DNA from: Oscillospiraceae bacterium
Lineage (GTDB): Bacteria; Bacillota; Clostridia; Oscillospirales; Oscillospiraceae
Assembly: GCA_015067945.1 (NCBI GenBank)
Contig: SVLM01000004.1
Coordinates: forward strand, 37,814-101,813
DNA: 64,000 nucleotides
Reading direction: 5' to 3'
The position numbers were made by a program, and so were the translations under genes. Each line of letters opens with the position of its first letter. Position 1 is the first letter of the stretch. Below the pieces are notes generated by a model. That model did not search any database, was not told where the DNA came from, and saw only the letters and a list, made by a program, of their open reading frames with translations. Below, piece by piece: positions 28,301-38,500 of the stretch.

Positions 28301-28844
28301 CAAAGACCTTCAGCAGGATCTTCGGCACAAGGCGGTCGTCCCGTCCCAAGCCCTGAGAATCCACAAAGGCACGGAAATCCTCGTCACTTTCTGCATTTTC
28401 ATAGGCCTCATCCAGCATTTGGCTCATGCAGGTATCCCGAAGCTGGGCACATTCATTTTCGTCCGCCACACGGAAGTCCGGTGCCAAATCCAGCTTATAG
28501 GCATATTCCCGGAGAATATCACCGCAGAAGGAGTGGACGGTGGAAATTTTCGCAAGGTACAGCCGCTGCATTTGCCGCTGCAAATGGCGGTTTTCCGGCT
28601 GGGCGGCCAAATGCTCCGTCAGCTTGGCCGCAATTTTTCCCCGAAGCTCTGCAGCTGCTGCCTTAGTATAGGTGATGATCAGAAAGTCATCCAGATTGGC
28701 AGGATCGGTTGGGTGCAGCACATAGCTCATCAATCGGTCCACCAAGACCTTGGTTTTACCGGAACCGGCCGCCGCAGATACCAGCAGCTTGCCGCCACGG
28801 TTATTGACTGCCTGCTCCTGCTGAGGGGTCAGTTTTTCAGCCAC
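25326..28844 (-). CDS. addA: ATP-dependent helicase/nuclease subunit A
   Basis: SAAAGSGKT, DEYQD, VGDVKQSIYQFR, SIHKSKGLEFP, YVALTRA; C-terminal nuclease motif DFKT. Confidence 0.96.
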   Translation of the reverse strand: MAEKLTPQQEQAVNNRGGKLLVSAAAGSGKTKVLVDRLMSYVLHPTDPANLDDFLIITYTKAAAAELRGKIAAKLTEHLAAQPENRHLQRQMQRLYLAKISTVHSFCGDILREYAYKLDLAPDFRVADENECAQLRDTCMSQMLDEAYENAESDEDFRAFVDSQGLGRDDRLVPKILLKVFDSAQCHLDPEGWLDECVRNVQITGLTDASQTLWGAYLIEDLKSYLSLQIQAMEICARAADQAEGMEKPALLLHSEIQQLQQLYQCTTWDQIVDAKQIEYGTLRFGKAVTDLDLVERIKAVRNGCKKGLAKKLTSFADKSSQIFADMAHSAEAARGMVSLVRRFSQQYQKAKRSRRMLDFGDLEHKTLELLFGSSRSGPTAVARELGERFREIMVDEYQDSNAVQDKIFEALTVKRSNCFMVGDVKQSIYQFRLADPNIFLKKYAEYVPADLAEPGQGRKVVLSSNFRSGGAVLEGVNDIFRCCMTEKVGGLTYGADEALYEGIPHAPVGEPEVELLTLSTEEGVYEAEAKMVAQRILQLLDGTHFVRKKDGLRPIVPEDIAILLRSPGSAGGYYRDALAGCGIRSVSGGGENLLETGEISVLRSLLQTISNPRQDIPLVAVLASPVFGFTADDLAAIRGKHPFGSIYDALVASEKPMVKAFLDTLAYLRREARLEPLAVLIQKIFALTRMDSIYAAMDGGDAKVANLQTFYNLAVSFESGSRRDLEQFLEYLASREEDGLIAAGEQTAPGAVTIMSIHKSKGLEFPVVFVSSLSRGFNRESLRAQVLCDQDLGLGLSAVDEKNRVRYPTVAKKAIAVKMTADSLSEEMRVLYVALTRAKDRLIMTYASKKLEDDLKNLALRMDMGDRELLTRDVSCPGQWVLMAALRRTEAGELFKLGGYPLNTSPGTPPWKICVMGDTSEAAASGIAEETVPKPLPQEALTAVQRGLAFRYPYTAATQAPSKQTATQRKGRDKDAEAAENTQEPAVIYRRWRKGVFGGMKADGVDAGNAIHAVMQYICYSACDSLTGVREEIRRLVNQRFITDEQAQLVDETAIADFFKTELGQKLRLSPNVLREFKFSILDNGENFSPSLQGEKILLQGVVDCALIEDDGITVVDFKTDKVTESTLQERAEQYRPQVLAYADALSRIYQKPIKQTLLYFFHIGQFVSMA

Positions 28845-31800
28845 GGTCGGTCACCTCCTTCTCCACTGCCTCCCAGAATTCCTGAGAGGACATCATCTTA
28901 TAATTTCTTCTGCCAGCTTCCGCTGTTTCTGCACAAACTGCACCATAGGGGCAGAAGGCACAGGCACTGTGGGATGTTCCCCGGGTGTAAGGATTGGGGG
29001 CCACATTGCCGGAGGCAATATCATCCACCATGCCGGACAGCCATGCAAAAATGTATTTTCGCAGCATTTTCAGCTGCTCACGGCTGGCCAGGTCACCGGA
29101 AAGCGTGCCGTCCTTTTTCCGTGTACAGCAAAGGCGGCTCATATTCTCATCCGGGTCCATGGCCTGCAGAACGGATTCATCCTCCAGAAGCAGCCCCCGG
29201 CGTTTCCATTCCGAGATACGGGCCCCATAGGCTTCTTCGTCACTTAAAGCTCCGTCAGAGCTCATCAGCGGTGCTCTTGCCGGGAAATACTGGACACCCG
29301 TGGCAATGGGGCGGTCGCCCACCACTTCCTGTCCTGCCTGCTCCAAGGCGAACAAATACAACAGCATTTGCAAGCCCACGCCATTATATACGTCGCAGTA
29401 ATCAAAATCCTTTTTGCCGGTTTTATAGTCCACCACACGGAAATAGTGATTGCCGTTTTCCTCCCAAATGTCCACTCTGTCCACAAAGCCCCGCAATACG
29501 GCGGCCATGGAGTGCGAATCGATTTGGATTGACGGCATATCTCCCTGCTCACCAAAAGCAAGCTCAAACTCCTTGGGCCGGAACTTAGACTTCTGCAGCT
29601 CCTCCCACAGCTCCGTGACTACCATTTCCAGCTCACGCTTATTTCTGCGGAACAGATAGGTCAGCCGGGCAGAGTCGATTTGACTGAAACGCTCCTGGGT
29701 ATAGCTTTGGGAGTGTGCCACGGCAATATCCATGGTCTGCTCCAGCGAAACCGCTTCAAAACCACCCAAAGCCATCACATCCCGGGCTGTATGCTCCAGC
29801 ACTGCGTGGACATAGGTGCCAAACTCCGCCGGATCTACCGTTGCTTCCTTCCGTTCCTGGGCCCGGAGGCCATACTTCAAGAAGTAAGACAGACGGCATT
29901 CTGCCTGCCTGTCGATTTGGGATGCAGACAGATTCAGACAGCTGCCATAAAGTTCAGATACGTGCTCCCGGGCGATGCTGCCCAATTGATACTGGGAATG
30001 CTCCAACACCTGTGCATACTCATTGTGCAAACCCAGTTCCTCAGCTGTGGCAGATGCTCCGTATTTGGCAAGCCATGCCGCCGCTTCCGCCGGGGCGGAC
30101 ATTGCCGTTACCGGGCCGGGCTTGACATAGGATTCACAGCCGGCCATCTTTGCAATGCGGCTGAACACGAAGGAAGGCTGTGTACCGGAGCAAAGCACAG
30201 TTATACTCTGCTCCGCACCACAGAAAACACCATAGATTTCTGCAAATTCCGCCTGCAGGCCTTCCACACTGCCACCGGTCAGAGGTACGCCCAAATCCCG
30301 GAGGGCATTGCGTTCCTGGTCCGTCAGCAGGCCGGTAGATCCACCGTAACCCGGCAGGCTCCCCTCCTCCGCTCCCAGCAGAATCAGATGCTTCTGCTGC
30401 TGGCAACGCATGGCATTGACGGGACCCACGGTCACCGCATCCAGCACAGGTGGAATGGTTCCCACATCATACTGGCTCAGCAGCAGGGTCAGCAGCCGGA
30501 CAAATACCTCCGGCTCCCAAACAGTATTGCCCAGCACATCGTGCAGCTGCTCCAGAGCGGTGAGCAGGATTTCCCAAAGCTGATTGAGTATCTGGGCACT
30601 GCGGTTGTCATTCTGCTTATCCATTTGGGCTGCCAGCCGTCCAAGGCGGTCAGCCAGGCGGATCTCCTCCAAAAAGGCATACAGTGCCATGACCTGCTGG
30701 GCAATATTCTTGGCATCGCGGAAGGCCTGCCGCAGGTGGAATAACGGGGTCAAAGCCTTATCCTTTGCCTGATTCAAGCTTTCCAGGTGACGGGTAACGG
30801 CATCCGACGGCTTTCCGCTCAAACCGCCGGGATGCTTTGTCCACTCTGCCTGCCATCCGTTGCCATGGATACCCCAAATAATGGCGTAGTTTTCCACCCG
30901 GTCGCAAGTATCCTGATCCAAAGGTGACAACAACGAACGCAGATAGCGGATAACATCCCGCTGCTCAAAGCCGCCCAAAGCGGCCTCCAGTGCGGACAGT
31001 ACGGTGCTGACAACCGTCTTTTGCAAAATATCCTCATTGCCGGACTGGTAGGCAGGAATACCGCAGCGGTCAAACACCAGTCGTACCACATCGGCATAGG
31101 CACCCATGTCCGCACAGACCACGCTGATATCCCGGTAGCGGCAGCCGGATTGCACCAGCTCCATGATTTTCTGAGCGGCTACCTGCACTTCTGCCCAAAC
31201 ATCGTCTGTCCGCAAAGCGGCAAGGCTTCCCTGAGCATCCGGCAGCTGCCCCTGAAAAACACCGGCACAGCAGGCGGCGAGGGGCGTACTGCGGCTGGGA
31301 AGAATTTCAATTTTGACCTCCAAGCCCACATTCTTCGCACAGCGGATCAGCTCTGCGGCAGTATCGCCGGCCTTTTCAAAGGCCAGCTTAGAAGAGCTAA
31401 CTGTGTCGCAGTTCAAACCCACGGTCACAGAGGGGCTTACTTGAATCAAATGTTCCAAAATCGCCAAATTTTGACGGGTAAAGTCCGGAAATCCGTCTAT
31501 GTAAAATACATGCTCCTGACCAAATGTGCCGTCCTCCAACTGCTCCAACAGCCAAGTCATTTGGTCACGGGGATCCCGTTTGCCCTGGGCACACAGACTG
31601 TCGTAGGCCTCCAGCAGTAAGGACAGCTCCTCCAGCTTTTGAGCAAGGCTGCCCTCTGTTTGCTCTGCGGCGATCTTCAGATCCCGGGCGGTGATGCAGC
31701 AACGCTTGAATTCATCCACCGCGTCCACAAGCTCCGTCAGAAATTCCGGTTTTGTCTCCACCGCCGCATAGGCCTTCAGTCTGCTGTGGAGCTGACGGGC

Positions 31801-32088
31801 GGCAGCCGCCATGGCAACCAGCCGTCCACCGTTATCCATGCAGCTTTCGGCAGCACTGCCCATGCTCTCTGCCACCCGGCGGGCCAGCCGGGTGAAGGAC
31901 AGAACCTCCGCATAACGGCTGGCGGTATCGCCGGCGGCTTCACAAAGCCGTCGTTCCGTATCATGGGTAATCAGCTCCGGAACCATTAAAATCCGGCCAC
32001 CCAGCCCATTGCGGACATCCGATGCAATGCGGCTGAGTATTTCATTACGCTGAACCGTCCAGTCCGGACTAAGCAAAAGATGCAACAT
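28837..32088 (-). CDS. addB: ATP-dependent helicase/nuclease subunit B
   Basis: MVPE, SF.RLA, DGF; nuclease G.VDRVD..DYKTG; Fe-S motif C..CPY..VC. Confidence 0.93.
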   Translation of the reverse strand: MLHLLLSPDWTVQRNEILSRIASDVRNGLGGRILMVPELITHDTERRLCEAAGDTASRYAEVLSFTRLARRVAESMGSAAESCMDNGGRLVAMAAAARQLHSRLKAYAAVETKPEFLTELVDAVDEFKRCCITARDLKIAAEQTEGSLAQKLEELSLLLEAYDSLCAQGKRDPRDQMTWLLEQLEDGTFGQEHVFYIDGFPDFTRQNLAILEHLIQVSPSVTVGLNCDTVSSSKLAFEKAGDTAAELIRCAKNVGLEVKIEILPSRSTPLAACCAGVFQGQLPDAQGSLAALRTDDVWAEVQVAAQKIMELVQSGCRYRDISVVCADMGAYADVVRLVFDRCGIPAYQSGNEDILQKTVVSTVLSALEAALGGFEQRDVIRYLRSLLSPLDQDTCDRVENYAIIWGIHGNGWQAEWTKHPGGLSGKPSDAVTRHLESLNQAKDKALTPLFHLRQAFRDAKNIAQQVMALYAFLEEIRLADRLGRLAAQMDKQNDNRSAQILNQLWEILLTALEQLHDVLGNTVWEPEVFVRLLTLLLSQYDVGTIPPVLDAVTVGPVNAMRCQQQKHLILLGAEEGSLPGYGGSTGLLTDQERNALRDLGVPLTGGSVEGLQAEFAEIYGVFCGAEQSITVLCSGTQPSFVFSRIAKMAGCESYVKPGPVTAMSAPAEAAAWLAKYGASATAEELGLHNEYAQVLEHSQYQLGSIAREHVSELYGSCLNLSASQIDRQAECRLSYFLKYGLRAQERKEATVDPAEFGTYVHAVLEHTARDVMALGGFEAVSLEQTMDIAVAHSQSYTQERFSQIDSARLTYLFRRNKRELEMVVTELWEELQKSKFRPKEFELAFGEQGDMPSIQIDSHSMAAVLRGFVDRVDIWEENGNHYFRVVDYKTGKKDFDYCDVYNGVGLQMLLYLFALEQAGQEVVGDRPIATGVQYFPARAPLMSSDGALSDEEAYGARISEWKRRGLLLEDESVLQAMDPDENMSRLCCTRKKDGTLSGDLASREQLKMLRKYIFAWLSGMVDDIASGNVAPNPYTRGTSHSACAFCPYGAVCAETAEAGRRNYKMMSSQEFWEAVEKEVTDRG

Positions 32089-32150
32089 GGTATTACCGCC
32101 TTTCTTTTTCTACATAATACCACACATTCCGTCCCAAAAATAGGGCTTAA

Positions 32151-32762
32151 TTAAAATTGTTCAAAGAAATTTTGCAACCATCCAAGGCAATCCAGAAAGA
32201 AAAATCGAACCTGGTAGGTTTCCTCCCCTTTCAGTGCCCCAGTCAGAGATTCATCAAAGCCCGCACCTGCAGCGGTATCTGTAAAATCCTCCCCTACTGC
32301 CTGAAAGCATAGCGACGGAAATACAACACACCACCAATTCTTCCCTTCTGCAGCTCCTATGCGGATGCGAAGGGATTCATAGACCCCGGCAGGCAGGGAG
32401 AAGGTATCGTACTGTCTGGTTGGAAAAGCCTCCCGGGCCAAAGTGATTTCTGCCCGGTCCGCAGAACCGGCTATTTCCAAGGCTTGGTTGGCGGTCTGGG
32501 TGAGCTCCGGAATATGCTGCTGTAAAAACAGGGTGGCAGTCTCTTGATCGGTGATGCCGGACATATTTTCCTGTAGGTAGGCGGTCACGGCATCCCGAAC
32601 CCGGAGCTTGATGGCCTGATCTTCCTCGGAATCGGAATTGGCGACCACATGGAGCCGAATCAGCTCCCGGCTCAGGGTTTGTCTGTCCCGAATAACATCT
32701 ATTGTCCATAAAACACCTAACAGAAGTAAGGATGTAAGGAGTAATTTTGCGATTTTTCTCAT
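32151..32762 (-). CDS. spoIIR: Stage II sporulation protein R
   Basis: IRLHVVANSDS..DQ..KL.VRD, FPTRQY, LPAG.Y, G.NWWCVVFP.LC. Confidence 0.94.
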   Translation of the reverse strand: MRKIAKLLLTSLLLLGVLWTIDVIRDRQTLSRELIRLHVVANSDSEEDQAIKLRVRDAVTAYLQENMSGITDQETATLFLQQHIPELTQTANQALEIAGSADRAEITLAREAFPTRQYDTFSLPAGVYESLRIRIGAAEGKNWWCVVFPSLCFQAVGEDFTDTAAGAGFDESLTGALKGEETYQVRFFFLDCLGWLQNFFEQF

Positions 32763-32815
32763 AAACAACACCGTCCATACTGGAATATGCCCAGTATGGA
32801 CGGATTTTGGCAACT

Positions 32816-33673
32816 TTATACAGGCTTGGCAATAAAGACCTGAGGATAATTTCCCTTCAGCATATTGCAGATAACTGCCGCGATTTCAAATTCCGAGACA
32901 ATGGCGAACACCGCAGAGCCGGAGCCGGTCATCTGCTGACCGATGGAGCCATAGGCATTGAAAATGGACTTGATATAGTTCAGCTCCAGATGATCAGCAG
33001 TCACCACGGGGTCGAATACATTGCAAAGATTCTGGGCAACCTTTTGTATATCACCGGCCAAAATGGCACTTTCCATGGCGGTATTGTCCGGACGCTTGGC
33101 GATCACGGTTTCATCCAATTTTCGGTAAAGCTCCGGGGTGGAAACAGAAAACTCCGGCTTGCAGACTACAAAGAAGCAATCCGGCATATCCGGCAGCTTT
33201 CGCAGCCGCTCGCCTCTGCCCTCTGCCATTGCTGTGCCGCCAATGGTGCAGAAGGGCACATCGCTGCCTACCTGAGCACCCAACTCAGCCAAAGCATAAA
33301 TGGAAAGCGGTTCGCCGTAGTGGCGGTTCAGAGCACGGAGCACTGCAGCAGCATCCGCACTGCCGCCGCCCATGCCGGCACCGCTGGGAATTCGCTTGGT
33401 AATACGGATCTCCAGCCCGTCGGGATCCTTACCCATGGTGTCCAGATAAAGCTGAGCGGCCTTCCATGCAAGATTGGAGGTGTCCGTGGGAATATCCTCC
33501 TTGTCACACTTCAAGCACCAGGGTTTTCCGGTGCCGATATCAATTTCGATATCATCCCGGACAGAGATGGTTTGCATCACACTTTTTAAGTCGTGGTAGC
33601 CGTCTTCCCGCTTGCCAAGGACATCCAATGTCAGATTCAGCTTGGCAAAGGCATATTCGTAAAGAGTGGTCAT
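32816..33673 (-). CDS. ispE: 4-diphosphocytidyl-2-C-methyl-D-erythritol kinase
   Basis: AKLNLTLDV..KREDGYH, KRIPSGAGMGGGSADAA, GSDVPF, MTGSGS. Confidence 0.96.
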   Translation of the reverse strand: MTTLYEYAFAKLNLTLDVLGKREDGYHDLKSVMQTISVRDDIEIDIGTGKPWCLKCDKEDIPTDTSNLAWKAAQLYLDTMGKDPDGLEIRITKRIPSGAGMGGGSADAAAVLRALNRHYGEPLSIYALAELGAQVGSDVPFCTIGGTAMAEGRGERLRKLPDMPDCFFVVCKPEFSVSTPELYRKLDETVIAKRPDNTAMESAILAGDIQKVAQNLCNVFDPVVTADHLELNYIKSIFNAYGSIGQQMTGSGSAVFAIVSEFEIAAVICNMLKGNYPQVFIAKPV

Positions 33674-33803
33674 ATAAAAGCCTCCTGATGGTTACGCAAT
33701 TTTTGTTATTATATCGCAAAATCACCGTTTTTGCAAGGGTATGAATAAAACCCGGGCAGAACGGAAATTCTATGGTTAGCCAAATCAATGAATGGAGGTA
33801 AAC

Positions 33804-34010
33804 ATGATGGATACACTGGCATTGATCCTGTCCATTGTCGGCAGCTTAAATTGGGGTCTGGTGGGTATTTTCCAATTTGATCTGGTAGCATGGCTCTTTG
33901 GCGGTCAGGATTCCGTAGTCAGCCGGATTATCTACACCCTGGTCGGTCTGGCCGGTCTGTGGTGCATCTCCCTGCTGTTTCGCAAGGGCCAGCGGGTGGA
34001 AGGCGAGTAA
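33804..34010 (+). CDS. DUF378 (YuzA-like) small membrane protein
   Basis: IVGSLNWGLVG.FQFDLVA.LFGG..SRIIY.LVGL; forespore-type GAATA-15-GGAAATTCTA promoter upstream. Confidence 0.88.
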   Translation: MMDTLALILSIVGSLNWGLVGIFQFDLVAWLFGGQDSVVSRIIYTLVGLAGLWCISLLFRKGQRVEGE

Positions 34011-34061
34011 TTGCCACAATACAAAAAAGCGGCAACTGTACGTTGCCGCTTTTTGCTTTAC

Positions 34062-35285
34062 TTATCCTTCAGATGCAGGTTCAATGACTCGGACGGTGCA
34101 TTTATAGGTTTCCTCGTCGATGGTAACGGAAATTGTGATACACTTACCGGCAACATCCGCAGTGGACTTCAGGCCCTTGATGCTGTTACCCTTAATCTCC
34201 ACATAGCCATCCACGCTGGCGACCCAATCCACCTTGACGTTGACTTTGTCGCTATCAAGCAGGTATAAGCCGAAAGTCTCGCCGACCTTGATAGTCACAT
34301 CGGTCTTGCTGATCGTGTACTTGTATTCCTTCGGCGGTTCAGGATCGAAGGCGATAATGACCTTGCAGGATGCGGTCTGATCGCCAAAGCTTGCACGAAT
34401 GGTAGTCCAGCCTCTGCCGACAGCTGTGACCACACCCTTTTCGCTTACAGTTGCGATGGTGGGATCATCCACGGTCCAGGTAATGTCCGTAGCCTTGACA
34501 GAAGGATTGCTGACATAGATGCTCACAGGGTTGGGATAGGTCTTGGACATGGTAAACTCTTCATACTTCAGCTTCAGCTCGTATCCGGGAGGTGTGATTA
34601 CCGTAGGCTCGGTGGGATCACTGGGTTCGGTAACATCACCGAAGCTGCAGGTAACCGTAAATTCTGTCTGAGCCTGACCGCAGGTGATGGTGATGATCGC
34701 ACTGCCGCCACCAACTGAAGTCACAAGACCCGTTTCGCTGACCGTTGCAACAGCGGGATTGCTGGAAGAGAATGTCACCTGCTCCGTTACACCGGCAGGC
34801 AGCAGCGTGTAGCTTACCAGGTAGGCCTGGCCTTCCGCCGTGAACTCAATGGCAGGTCTGGTCAGGCTAATGCCGGTACACAAAACTTCCGTGGGTGTGG
34901 AAGGATTCTCCGGGCCGCTGATGGGCGGTTTATTCGTCTGGGAATTATTGACAGCACCGGACAGGAACACCCGAACGCCCATATAACCCAAAACAGCAAT
35001 GATCGCGATCACCAAAAGAATCACAATGGCAATCATAACAGCATTGCCTTTATCCTTTTGCGGTGAACGCTTGCCTGCCGGACGGCGTTCCAGCTCCTGG
35101 CCCTTTTTATTCTGCTTGCGGACATTGGACTTGGAAAAACGGCCACCCTTGACATAGGCATAGGCCTGGTCGCCACCGCCCGCAGCGGTTTGGGCTGTGG
35201 ATTTCTTTGCACTGCCGCAGATGGGACACTGTGCTGCCGTTTCCGGATAGGTTGTGCCGCAAACATCGCAAATCACTTTACTCAT
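34062..35285 (-). CDS. Membrane protein: zinc ribbon, TM, bacterial Ig-like (Big_2) repeats
   Basis: CDVCG...CPICG; one TM; SSSNPAVATVS..G.VT and DDPTIATVSEKGVVTAVG motifs. Confidence 0.8.
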   Translation of the reverse strand: MSKVICDVCGTTYPETAAQCPICGSAKKSTAQTAAGGGDQAYAYVKGGRFSKSNVRKQNKKGQELERRPAGKRSPQKDKGNAVMIAIVILLVIAIIAVLGYMGVRVFLSGAVNNSQTNKPPISGPENPSTPTEVLCTGISLTRPAIEFTAEGQAYLVSYTLLPAGVTEQVTFSSSNPAVATVSETGLVTSVGGGSAIITITCGQAQTEFTVTCSFGDVTEPSDPTEPTVITPPGYELKLKYEEFTMSKTYPNPVSIYVSNPSVKATDITWTVDDPTIATVSEKGVVTAVGRGWTTIRASFGDQTASCKVIIAFDPEPPKEYKYTISKTDVTIKVGETFGLYLLDSDKVNVKVDWVASVDGYVEIKGNSIKGLKSTADVAGKCITISVTIDEETYKCTVRVIEPASEG

Positions 35286-35520
35286 TCTGGTACCTCCGTT
35301 CCGGCACATACCCTGTGCCAAACTTTGTGCTTATTATAGCACAAGCCTTTTATTTATGCAAGTACGCAATCAGATAGCTTTTTGTTGTGTTATTACTCAT
35401 CTGTAGGATTTTGACAGCATTCGCCCTTTTATTCATTGTAAAATACACGGAAATAGTGTTGCATTTTTTCCGAAATTATTTTATCATATAGGAAATGTAT
35501 GTTCCAAGGAGGCGTTGGAT

Positions 35521-38500
35521 ATGCCAGACCCCAAACTGATCCTTCCGCTGCTGGAAGGCTTCCTGATGGGTGATGCCATCAGTGAGCACCACGGCGTTCG
35601 CTGCTACCCTGCGATGCAGGAAAATACCGGCGATAAATACATAGTAAAAACCGTCAGTGTCCCTGCCGATGACAGCAAGCTGGAAGCGTTGCTGCTGGCA
35701 GGTGCTTTCCCTGACAGAGCTGCTGCCGTTGCTTATTATAAAGGCCTGGCAGAAGGAATTGAGAAGGAAGCTGCCCTGCTGCAGAATCTTTCCCAGCTGG
35801 AGGGTTTCTCCGGCTATGAAGGCTGGCAGATTGAGCCTGCTGAAAACAGCGAGAGCTTTGATGTGTGTCTGCTGGGTAAGTACCGCCCTACGCTGGAGCG
35901 GTATTTGAGCCGCAATCCCATGACCCATTTGGGTGCTGTCAATTTGGGTTTGGATCTTTGCTCCGCTTTGGCGGTTTGCCGCCGCAGCGGCTATCTGTAT
36001 GTGGATTTGAAGCCCAGCAATATTTTCATTTGTGCAGATAATGAGTACCGCATTGGTGATCTGGGATTCATTTCCCTGCCCTCCCTGCCCTATGCGTCAT
36101 TGCCGGAAGCATACCACAGTGCCTACACCGCACCGGAAATCACCGACGCTTACTCGGCACTCAATGATACACTGGACACCTATGCCGTTGGTTTGATTTT
36201 GTATCAGATCTACAACAACGGCCAGCTGCCGGCGGTGACCCCCGGCTCTGCCGAGCCGCTGAGTGCCCCGGAGTATGCGGACTGCGAAATGGCGACTATT
36301 ATTCTCAAGGCCTGCCATCCCGATCCGCAGGAACGCTGGCAGGATCCTGCCCAAATGGGACAGGCTCTGGTCAACTATATGCAGTGCAACACCGTAAATG
36401 ACGAGCCCATCGTCCCTCCTGCCATTGCCGTTGAAGCGGAAGAGGAAGAAGTGGTGGTCGAATCCGTTGAAGAAGAGCCCTCCACCGATGAGATTATCTC
36501 CGAGGTCGATCAGGCATTAGAGGCTGTGGGTGTGGAAATCGTTGCGGAGGAAACTGCCGAGGAAGAGACGCCCTCCGAAGAAACTTCCACCGAAGAAATC
36601 CCGGAGGAAATCTCCGAGGAAATTCCGGGGGAAGTTATCGAGGAGATCGTCGAAGTCGAAAATACCGAAGAAGAACTTGCTGCAGAAGTTGTCGAAGAGG
36701 AGAACAGCTTCGAGGAGATCAGCGAGGAAGTGCCGGAAGAGGACAGCTTGGAGGACATGCTGGCTCAGGCCGACGATCTGATTGCTCACGAAACACCGGA
36801 GCCCGTTGTGGCACCGGCACCCATCGAGGTTCCCATTCCGCCCCGGATCGTTCTGACGGATGAAGAACCCGAAGAACCGGAGCAAATTGAGGAAGTGCAG
36901 GAAGAAATCCGGGAGGAAGCCGAAGTGGAAGAAACCCTGGAGGAAGAGCCGGTAGAAACGGAAGAGGAGATTTTCGAAGAGCAGGAGGAGTATTACGAGG
37001 TCGAGCCTGCTCCTGCCAAGCGTGGCAAGGGTCTGATTGCGGCTCTGATCTGCTTTATCGTGGCCGCCTCCCTGTTTCTTGGCGGATACCTGTACTACAA
37101 ATACGAATATCAGCAGACCATCTACAGCATCACATTCTCCGGCGTGGAGGACAGACTGGCTGTGGACCTGCACTGCGATATTGACGACGAATTGCTGACC
37201 GTTGTCTGCACCGATGCTTACGGCAACACCAAGCGACAGAATGTCATCGACGGCGTGGCTATGTTCACCGGTCTTGTACCGGACACCCGTTACAAGGTGG
37301 AGGTGGAAATTTCCGGTTTCCATGAGTTGTTGGGCAAAACCAGTGGCATCTATGTGACGGCGGCAGAAACCGTCATCAGCGGTTTGACCGCTATCACGGG
37401 TTCGGAAAACGGCTCTGTGATCCTAAACTTCACTGTTCGCGGTCCGGAAAGTCCCCAGTGGCAGGTATTTTACTCTGCCGAAGGTGAGGAAGAGCGGTCC
37501 GTCACCTGCACCGGCCATGTGGCGACGATCAACGGCTTGACCGTGGGTAAGTGCTACACCTTCCGGGTAGAACCCACCACCGAGTTGTATCTGATTGGCA
37601 CCAACACCGTGGAATTTACCGCCACCGAGATCATTTACCCGGAGAATTTGACCATTGCAGGCTTTGTAGGCAACGCCCTGACAGTGACCTGGAATGCCCC
37701 CAGCGGCAATGCCATAACCACATGGACCGTCCGTTGCTACAATGACGCAGGCTACGACAAAACCATTACCGTCACAGATACAATCGCAGTTTTTGAGGAT
37801 CTGGATCGCTCCGCCCCCTACACCGTTGAGGTCTGTGCTGCGGGCATGTCTTTGGGAAATCGGGTTTCTCTGGCTGCCAACTCCGTTACCATTACGGAGT
37901 TCATCGTTGACATCGACGATCCCAACAAGCTGCCCTTGCGCTGGACCTTTGAGGGTAATGATCCTGGTTGCCTATGGGTCGTAAAATACACCGTAAGCGG
38001 TATGAACAGCCCCATTTTCGTATCTACCGAGGATCCTTTTATTGTGATTGAACCCATCGTTCCCGGCTGTACATACACCTTTGAGATTCAGACCGCCAAC
38101 GGCGATCCGGTATTTGATAGCACATTCTCCTACACCGTCCCTGAAGCAGAGGCATTTTCCGGCTATGATATCTCCGCGGAATACTTCCAATTTTCCATGT
38201 GTCTGACTCCCAACAAGGAAAACTGGAATCGCAACGACCTGAAGCCCTCGGATTACACCAACACCTTTGCCGTTGGTCAGAGTGCATCCTTCTCCATCCG
38301 GCTGACCCATGAGTACAACACCTCGTCGGACAATATCACCACTCTGTTTGTGATTCGCGATGCGGAAGGTTCTCTGGTTCAGGCGGATGCCAGAAGTCAG
38401 ATCTGGACCAGTATGTGGTTCCAGGGCTATGGCACGATGACCATCCCCGTGATGCCCCAGACCCCCGGTGCTTACACTGTGGAGATTTATTTCAACGGTC

